From sequence record NC_042018.1: a stretch of 64,000 nucleotides of DNA. One strand, given 5' to 3'. A program made the position numbers and the translations under genes. The notes beneath the pieces were generated by a model that was not told the DNA's origin, searched no databases, and saw nothing but the letters and a program-made list of their open reading frames with translations. Shown here one piece after another: positions 48,820-55,930 of this stretch; the first letter of the stretch is position 1, and every line of letters starts with the position of its first letter.

Positions 48820-49268
48820 TCACCGAGCCTTACTTCTCGGCTGAGTACCTTCGGGTCTCTGGTAACCTGCTTGGGAAAGATATCTCGAACATCTCTCCTG
48901 AGCAGCTCCAACGTTATGAAGAGATGCTGTACGACTTCAACATGGGGTATTACCGAACGGAGACCATGACTCCGTTTTCGTCGGTGGCGTACATCAAAGA
49001 GGAAAACGAATTCTATCATCCTTTATCGTTTGAGGAGACTGGCAAGCGCTATGGGTTTAACAAACTGCACGACGTTATTCCCATGGAGACGTACCTGAAG
49101 CTTCCAGCCTTTATGATAGACGATTTCCTTAACGGCATCACGAAAGGCAAAGAGCAGCGGTTCAAGTTAGATAAGGACAAAGCACCGGCTGACGGTGACG
49201 CACCTAATGCTGAAATGCGGAACGTTGCTCTCCAACTCGAAAGTATCCTGAAGACTATGAACAAGTAA
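48738..49268 (+). CDS. -1 frame extension of 46999..48819 (track ORF 48924..49268), GT-like partner
   Basis: The -1 frame is open from the T7 run at 48738-48744 to TAA 49268, with no ATG until 48924. Confidence 0.55.
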   Translation, partial: FFYPYPVEAHGENGPGRHNKPRSPLGLITEPYFSAEYLRVSGNLLGKDISNISPEQLQRYEEMLYDFNMGYYRTETMTPFSSVAYIKEENEFYHPLSFEETGKRYGFNKLHDVIPMETYLKLPAFMIDDFLNGITKGKEQRFKLDKDKAPADGDAPNAEMRNVALQLESILKTMNK

Positions 49269-49355
49269 TCTTCCCGTATCTCCTCCTCTGGCTGCGGCTG
49301 GGGGAGGGATATTTTATGCATGCCTCCTTATTCTTTATTTATGAAAGGTGAAATT

Positions 49356-49976
49356 ATGGGTCAGCCTACCAAATCCGCTCCACAGATTGAAGAAGTGAAA
49401 GATCTTGCTTCTGAGAAAGAACCAGTCCTGGTACTGGATGAAGCACCTCCGGCTGCGCCGGTAAAAAGCACGGGTGCTGCCAACATCAAACTGAAAGATG
49501 TTGAGACCGTGAAGATTGGCGACCAGATTAGCGCCAAAGGGGATTTCGTCAGTGAACTGATGATTACCCGTATCAACCAGCACATGGAATACCTGCGCGG
49601 CGAGAAAGGCTTCGCTACCGACGATGTGCGCTTCCGTGAAATGATTACCTTCATGGAAACCATCGGCAACTCCACCACGCTGGGTATTGACCAGTACTGT
49701 GTGGTAACCGACTTCCTGATGAAGACCATTCGCGATAACCTGGATGACTTCAAAGAAGGTCGTGCCTTCCGCTTTATGCGTGGTCTGAGCCGTCACTATT
49801 CTGACTCTGCGATTGCAGCTTATCAGAACTACATGACCATGCTGATCCGTCTGGCTGGCGCGTACGCTGACCGCAAGCGCGTCTTTAAGAAGATGGACCT
49901 GGACTACATCACTGTAGGGATGCCGGTTGCTGCACGCAACAACATCAACACCTACATTCGTCGTCTGTGCGAATAA
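49356..49976 (+). CDS. hypothetical protein
   Basis: ORF 49320..49976; ATG 49356 follows AAAGGTG. Confidence 0.6.
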   Translation: MGQPTKSAPQIEEVKDLASEKEPVLVLDEAPPAAPVKSTGAANIKLKDVETVKIGDQISAKGDFVSELMITRINQHMEYLRGEKGFATDDVRFREMITFMETIGNSTTLGIDQYCVVTDFLMKTIRDNLDDFKEGRAFRFMRGLSRHYSDSAIAAYQNYMTMLIRLAGAYADRKRVFKKMDLDYITVGMPVAARNNINTYIRRLCE

Positions 49977-49993
49977 AAGAAACAACATAAACC

Positions 49994-50025
49994 CTACCCC
50001 TACTCCTTAACGGGAGTAGGGGTAG
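49994..50025. terminator. bidirectional terminator hairpin
   Basis: CTACCCCTACTCC-ttaacg-GGAGTAGGGGTAG between convergent genes. Confidence 0.65.
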
Positions 50026-50038
50026 TTATGTGGTTTAT

Positions 50039-51796
50039 TTAAAACTCTGCAGCTTTCAGTTTATTCAGTACGTCTTCTTTACCCAGCTTAATCAGATGAG
50101 ACTCAAACACTTCTTGAATCTCACCGGCTTTCGGGAAGCGGAACAATTCATAGCACAAACTGATGGCGTTCGCTTGAGGACTGGAACCGTAGTTCACTCC
50201 AATCTCTCGGAACTTCATCATGTCAGCACCTTGAATACGTGTGGCTTCCATCTTGGTAGTTTTGTTCCCTACGTTCAACGCAACGGTCTCGGTAGGATAG
50301 GCCCCTTCAACGTCAACGTCATCGGTTAACCCACGTGCCATACTGACCACGTCACTTAACCCTTCGAACAGCACTTTACCCATGGCTGCGTTCTTCTCAG
50401 TTTCAAGAAGAGCAATCCAATCGCCCAGTGTAGGTAGAATGTCAGTAAACGGCTTCTCACGACGTGCACCGGTACAACCCCATACGTAACCATACTTCTT
50501 GGCAACGAACGACAGGGTGTCACTGATGATGCTTGGTTGAGATGGATAGTTGAAGTACTCGGAATACTTTAACAACATCGGCAGAGACAGAGACAGATCA
50601 TCCGTCTTATCGTTAATGTCCTCAATAACGATGTTATCTTTGATGTTGTACATGCAGTATTCGTACTTCGCGTTCTTCTGCATCCAGATGTGCCATGGCA
50701 GCGTACCGGGTAACAGATGCTCACCTTTATCGGTATAGAGCTTTCCGTCTACCTTCTCACGTTCAGCCGTTGCGTTCAAACCGTAGCTTTCCAGTTTGCC
50801 CTGCGGTGCACGTTTAATGGCATACTTACACGCTGCATCAACCCACTGCCATGAAGCCAAGGTACGAACCGTTGGGAATTTCTCTTGCCACTCTAACGGA
50901 GTGCGGTCGCCGTTCTCTTTTACCTTGTGAGTACGACCAGGATGAAACTCATAGTTACAATAATGGTTCGGTACACCTGGATCACAATAGATACGAGCAA
51001 CATCAAACCCATGACGTTTTAATGCGGTTTCGTTTTTCTCCATATCAAACGCGGCGTTCCAACTGGCAATCCAATCTGGACTCCACTGGTGCCACTTTTC
51101 AATGTTGGCTTTAACGATTAACGCTTCGTTATCAAAGAGTTCGTATTCAACGTGAGAGATACCACGACGGTTTAACGTTTCACGCAGATAGAGTTCTTCG
51201 TACTTACGCAGGTTGGCCAGAATCTCCTCATCGTTCTTTTCATCAAACCAGTTACGGTCTGCCGCAAAGTACGCCACCTTTTCAAAGGTAGTAGACGCCA
51301 TGATGATCTCTTCATCCGGCGAATGCATGTTGGTTTCAACGTCGTACGCTGCTGTGCGATACGGTTCAGTTTCCTGGTGTTCCGGATACTTCTCATGGAA
51401 CTTCTGCTTGAACACAACCGGAATCGTCTGTTCACACCCAAACACATACTGACTGCCTTTCATCTGACGAAGCTGTGCAGTGACATCCGGACGACCATAC
51501 AAAATCTTGCTGATGTTGTACGCTAACCGAGCACGACTGCTGCTGTATTTCTTACACATGCGTTCGTCAATGTAATCTTTGTTCTGTTCGAACTTGCGGT
51601 ACTTCTCTTTAACAATGTAGAAGTCCTGCTTATAATCTTCAATACAGGTGTATTGATTGCTTCGAGTGCCGTCTTCATGAATGTTTGTTATCTTGGCACC
51701 CAAAAGATCTTTCATTGGATCGTATCGGTGTACGCCGTAATTCGCGTGCTTACAAACACGAGCAACAATGGGTGAGGAATTAGGAGTCATTTTCAT
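50039..51796 (-). CDS. family-B DNA polymerase N-terminal subunit: 3'-5' exonuclease plus motif A (phiKZ gp82-like)
   Basis: YDVET (ExoI), WNAAFD (ExoII), YNIKD (ExoIII), DVDVEGAYPT (motif A). Confidence 0.85.
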   Translation of the reverse strand: MKMTPNSSPIVARVCKHANYGVHRYDPMKDLLGAKITNIHEDGTRSNQYTCIEDYKQDFYIVKEKYRKFEQNKDYIDERMCKKYSSSRARLAYNISKILYGRPDVTAQLRQMKGSQYVFGCEQTIPVVFKQKFHEKYPEHQETEPYRTAAYDVETNMHSPDEEIIMASTTFEKVAYFAADRNWFDEKNDEEILANLRKYEELYLRETLNRRGISHVEYELFDNEALIVKANIEKWHQWSPDWIASWNAAFDMEKNETALKRHGFDVARIYCDPGVPNHYCNYEFHPGRTHKVKENGDRTPLEWQEKFPTVRTLASWQWVDAACKYAIKRAPQGKLESYGLNATAEREKVDGKLYTDKGEHLLPGTLPWHIWMQKNAKYEYCMYNIKDNIVIEDINDKTDDLSLSLPMLLKYSEYFNYPSQPSIISDTLSFVAKKYGYVWGCTGARREKPFTDILPTLGDWIALLETEKNAAMGKVLFEGLSDVVSMARGLTDDVDVEGAYPTETVALNVGNKTTKMEATRIQGADMMKFREIGVNYGSSPQANAISLCYELFRFPKAGEIQEVFESHLIKLGKEDVLNKLKAAEF

Positions 51797-51879
51797 GTCC
51801 TTGGCATTTTATGAAACTCTTAAAAAACTTTCGCTATAGTTATGCCTGCGCAGTGTTAAATAACGAAGGACGTGCCGCC

Positions 51880-53256
51880 ATGATCGATATTAATTTCCTT
51901 GCACCATGGAAGGTGGAAGGTTTGGAATTTATGGACTTTCAAAACCGATTGTTTTATCATGAACTCAGAGACCTGTTTGAGTCGTATATTCGTCGGGATG
52001 ATGGAAAGGTTCTTCTCAAAGGTTCAATTGAAGAAGACCTGTATACAATCATCGAGCGCTTCACTGGATATAAGAACATCAAGCTGAAGCTGGTAGACTG
52101 GGGTAACTTTGCAGTAGACACGGCGTACTTCAACCCGAAAAACATTTTGAACAGCCAGGCGGCGGAAGATTACTTCTCACCTACTGACTCAACGTTAGGT
52201 AAGTGGTTTGCTAAAAACCGTAACAAGGCGTTCAAAGGCGGTGTTGATCGTAGCACAGGTAAAGTCACCGGTGCGTTCTGTGATCTTCCCGTGGAGCTGT
52301 ATATCAACCGTTACCTGGACGATACCTTCCCGGAAGAGATGGTCAGGAAGTATAACACCGATTATGCTTCACTGTGTGCCGGTGTGGTTGTGCACGAGTT
52401 CGGTCATATCTGGGGCGGTTGCCTTATGATTACCCAGGCGGCAGAAGATAACTTTGTTATCAAAGCAGCCATTGAGGGGATGCGTAAGGTTACGCGAAAA
52501 GAAGAAGCAGTGGTTATCTTAAAAGATGCCGCTAAGCTGCTTGAGCTTGATCCGGTGGCCGATAAAGAAATCATCGACCTGATTGACGGTAAAAACAAAG
52601 AAGAAGTCACCGTCATGTACTTCACCAAGATGATGACACAGCGTAACACTCGTCGTGCATTGTCCCTGGGTGTCCCGCAAATGACCTCGGAAGTGTTAGC
52701 TGATGCCTACGCTATTCGTATGGGTTGTGACCGTGGGTTAATGCCAGCGTTGGCTATTCTTTATAGCACCGGGCGTTCAGGCATTATTAAAACCGGTTTC
52801 TACGCCACCCTTATCTTTACCGTAATCATGCAGTTGCTTACGGGTATTCCGATATTGCTGTTGGTTATGGGTGGGTGGTCTGGTTTCCTGCTGTACTTCT
52901 TCGGCATGACTTTCATCTATTCACTCATTACCTATTTCGGTATGAGTTATTCCGGTGATTATAACTCGGACTACCGTCGCTATGATGACGCTATCCGTCA
53001 GCTGATTGCCCGGTTCAAAGAAGACAAGAACATGTCTTCCCATGACAAGTCCATGGCCATCAAAGAACTGGATAACTACCTGCAAATCGGTAAAACCATG
53101 AAGCCGCTGATTGATAACACTGTGGTGCACCGCACTATGGGTTGGTTATTCAACGGCAGTGATTTCAAACGTAACGAATTCGAACACTATTCCCAGGTCC
53201 TCGTTAACCACGAGATTAACCTGCTGGGTGACAAACTGGGTAAACTCATTGCCTAA
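51880..53256 (+). CDS. membrane-anchored HEXXH zinc-metalloprotease-like protein, probably virion
   Basis: ORF 51811..53256; ATG 51880 follows GAAGGA. VVHEFGH plus EVLADAYA, two hydrophobic TM segments, first gene of the late head cluster. Confidence 0.6.
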   Translation: MIDINFLAPWKVEGLEFMDFQNRLFYHELRDLFESYIRRDDGKVLLKGSIEEDLYTIIERFTGYKNIKLKLVDWGNFAVDTAYFNPKNILNSQAAEDYFSPTDSTLGKWFAKNRNKAFKGGVDRSTGKVTGAFCDLPVELYINRYLDDTFPEEMVRKYNTDYASLCAGVVVHEFGHIWGGCLMITQAAEDNFVIKAAIEGMRKVTRKEEAVVILKDAAKLLELDPVADKEIIDLIDGKNKEEVTVMYFTKMMTQRNTRRALSLGVPQMTSEVLADAYAIRMGCDRGLMPALAILYSTGRSGIIKTGFYATLIFTVIMQLLTGIPILLLVMGGWSGFLLYFFGMTFIYSLITYFGMSYSGDYNSDYRRYDDAIRQLIARFKEDKNMSSHDKSMAIKELDNYLQIGKTMKPLIDNTVVHRTMGWLFNGSDFKRNEFEHYSQVLVNHEINLLGDKLGKLIA

Positions 53257-53267
53257 AGGAACTTATC

Positions 53268-53678
53268 ATGTCTCATCTGAAACACATCTCTGAACTGAAG
53301 CAGGCACTGGATACCCTGGGTATCACCTGTCCGTTCAAACAGCAGGAACTGACCATGGAAGCGTACTTCCGTGCTATCCTGGTGTCGCACTTCCGTTACA
53401 ACACGTCGCTGTCTATGACAGAAGACCAAACCCAGCGTTGCTGGAAACAGCTGGACAAGTGGAACTGCGTCTCCCCGATCAAAGCCCAGCTTATCATGAC
53501 CAAGGTCGCCACCTTCCTGAACAGCCTGCGTAACTCCCTGGGTAACCGCGGCGTGAGTCTGGAAGAAGAACCATCCCTGGAACTGCCGGACGGCACCAAA
53601 CAGTGCCTGTGCAGTCTGGACACCTTCAACGACCTGGTTCAGTACCTGGCCAAAGAAATGAGGGAAGGCAATGAGTGA
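53268..53678 (+). CDS. hypothetical virion-cluster protein
   Basis: 136 aa, AAGGA SD, optimised codons. Confidence 0.55.
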   Translation: MSHLKHISELKQALDTLGITCPFKQQELTMEAYFRAILVSHFRYNTSLSMTEDQTQRCWKQLDKWNCVSPIKAQLIMTKVATFLNSLRNSLGNRGVSLEEEPSLELPDGTKQCLCSLDTFNDLVQYLAKEMREGNE

Positions 53679-55209
53679 TACGCCGGTTTCTTCAATGACC
53701 CAAATCAACAAAGGGAACACCACCGCTTACCTTCCGGGTGACGATGATGATACCCAGCGTGTTGATCTGGATGAGTACTACGAAGAATGCGAGCAGACTC
53801 ACGTCACAAAGATGGTTACCGGTGCTGAAGCATTCTTCAGTAAAGGTGTGCTGTCGAAATCCCTGGCGCGTCTGAGCGGTCTTTCCGGGTGCGAAAATTA
53901 CGACCCTATTCCGTCCCGTATGAATGCAAGACTGGGCGGGGAAGGGTTTGTTAGCGTTATCGTGGATGGCTTTAAGAAGTTCATTGAGAACATCATTAAG
54001 TACGTCAAGATGGCGGTGAACTGGATTGTGGATTTGGTGAAAACCCTGCTCGGTTATAAAAAGACCAAGCGTCAGGTTGAACAAGCCACGGCGGAAATGG
54101 AAAACATCAAGAAGGAGTTCAAGGAACTGCTGAAAGGACTGGGCTTCCCGTCTGACAAGTGGGACCTGGACAAATTCATTGCGGACCCTGAAGTGTCGTT
54201 TGACCGCATGGGTGCTTTCCATATCCTGCGCAACAAGTTCATGGATGATGCAGAAGCCATCAAACGCCTGGGTGAATCTCTGCCTACGTTTGTAACGGCC
54301 GTTGAGTTCATGAACCAGTCCAGCAAAAACGTCAAGCGTGCCAGCGATAACTTCCACAAAGTGATTCACAATGTGGCGGGTGAAGTCCGTAAGGGTAAAA
54401 CCGACGGGCGTGCTGAGCTCGAGTTGATTAAGCAGGCCGGTCATGAAATCAAGTTAGCCACTAACTTCGAAGGCATCACCACCAAGTTGAGCGAACTGTA
54501 CAACGCCCTGTACACCAACACTGACGGCAAGGTTATCAAAGAGAACAAGTTCTCGAACGAAGCATTGCAGGAAGGGTACATGGAAATCCGTGCACAGCTG
54601 CAACAGCTGATTACTACGTCTTCTGTATCCATCCAGTCAGTGCCGGACCGCCAGACGTTGCTCAGCAGCATCGCCGATGCATCAGCCCGTTACGTTGCGC
54701 TGAAAGACACGGACATTGATCTGTCGCACATCGACTTCAAACAGTACGGTGACCTCATTAACAAACAGGACGCGGAAATCATTCGTGAGATTGATAAGCT
54801 GACCGGTGTTAATGGTGCGTTGATTTCTGCCTACAGCAATACGGCGAAGATGGTGCGCGACTATACCCAGTTCTGTCACAGCATCATCAATGTCCTGAAC
54901 CAGACCAACAAGCAGTTGGAAAACCTCTGGCTCTGGCATAGCCGTGCGCAGCAGATGATCTTCTTCTACGTGCTGAAAGACTTCGAAGGCATTGTTGAGC
55001 TGAACAAGCAATACATCGCCATGGGTATGAATCCGTACGCTAACGGTGAAGGCATTCCTCGCGTGGATGGGTTCATTAAGTATGATGACCGGGTAACGAT
55101 GTTTGAAAAGATTGCGGGCACTGCCAACGATCTGCTTGAAGAGAACATCAACGGCATCAAAGACAGCATTCGTAACTTAAGCCGTTCTTTGGGGTGGACA
55201 CCACGATGA
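53671..55209 (+). CDS. head/ejection protein with G-x-E propeptide
   Basis: 512 aa; LGGEGFVSVIVDGFKKFIENIIKY amphipathic segment after a G-x-E site. Confidence 0.6.
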   Translation: MSDTPVSSMTQINKGNTTAYLPGDDDDTQRVDLDEYYEECEQTHVTKMVTGAEAFFSKGVLSKSLARLSGLSGCENYDPIPSRMNARLGGEGFVSVIVDGFKKFIENIIKYVKMAVNWIVDLVKTLLGYKKTKRQVEQATAEMENIKKEFKELLKGLGFPSDKWDLDKFIADPEVSFDRMGAFHILRNKFMDDAEAIKRLGESLPTFVTAVEFMNQSSKNVKRASDNFHKVIHNVAGEVRKGKTDGRAELELIKQAGHEIKLATNFEGITTKLSELYNALYTNTDGKVIKENKFSNEALQEGYMEIRAQLQQLITTSSVSIQSVPDRQTLLSSIADASARYVALKDTDIDLSHIDFKQYGDLINKQDAEIIREIDKLTGVNGALISAYSNTAKMVRDYTQFCHSIINVLNQTNKQLENLWLWHSRAQQMIFFYVLKDFEGIVELNKQYIAMGMNPYANGEGIPRVDGFIKYDDRVTMFEKIAGTANDLLEENINGIKDSIRNLSRSLGWTPR

Positions 55210-55877
55210 CCGAGAAAACTGAACTGATGGATTTCGCTGAACTCGAAAACCGTCGTGATGTGGCTGTAGCCGCAGCAGAAGCCATGGCGGAAGAGTTCGC
55301 TCGCCTCGAAGAGCTGGCCGACAGTCCTATCAGTGGACAAACGGTTATTGCGATCGTTTCCAAGCTGGCTCCGAACGATCTGATTCGAGTGCAGGAACGT
55401 GTGATGTCAGCAGAGTGTCGTGAAAACGGCTACGTACTGAAAGACGCACGCTTCAATGGCCCGGACTCTTACTACCACGGCGTGATTGAAAGCATTAACT
55501 CTGTCATGAAGGGTTACCGCGATCATATCGTTGATGTCTTTGCGAAAGCACTGGCGAACCTGTCTTCTGATTCGTCTAAAGCTGGCGACATCTATGCGGA
55601 CATTGGTCGTGTGGAACAGTTGTCCGTGTGGTTCGGTACAGAAGCCGGTGTGGTCGTTACTGACTGGACTGACATCGTACCGTTTAAACAGGAAGAAGGT
55701 AACTATCTGTTAGAGGCTGCTCCGGTTGAACGGTTTACCGAACACCTGGATGCATTCATTGGCTACTCCGCACTGAACTGTGGTAGTGTGTGGGCACTGA
55801 ATAACGATCTGCCGAAAATCAAAGAGCGTATCAGACTCTTGCAGTTGTTACACAAGCGCGTTCACAGCTATCTGTAA
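55206..55877 (+). CDS. hypothetical virion-cluster protein
   Basis: ATG 55206 overlaps the upstream TGA. Confidence 0.55.
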   Translation: MTEKTELMDFAELENRRDVAVAAAEAMAEEFARLEELADSPISGQTVIAIVSKLAPNDLIRVQERVMSAECRENGYVLKDARFNGPDSYYHGVIESINSVMKGYRDHIVDVFAKALANLSSDSSKAGDIYADIGRVEQLSVWFGTEAGVVVTDWTDIVPFKQEEGNYLLEAAPVERFTEHLDAFIGYSALNCGSVWALNNDLPKIKERIRLLQLLHKRVHSYL

Positions 55878-55930
55878 TACACATAAGTCCCCTCTGCCCT
55901 TTGCGGGGCAGAGGAGGGCTTTATTATGTT

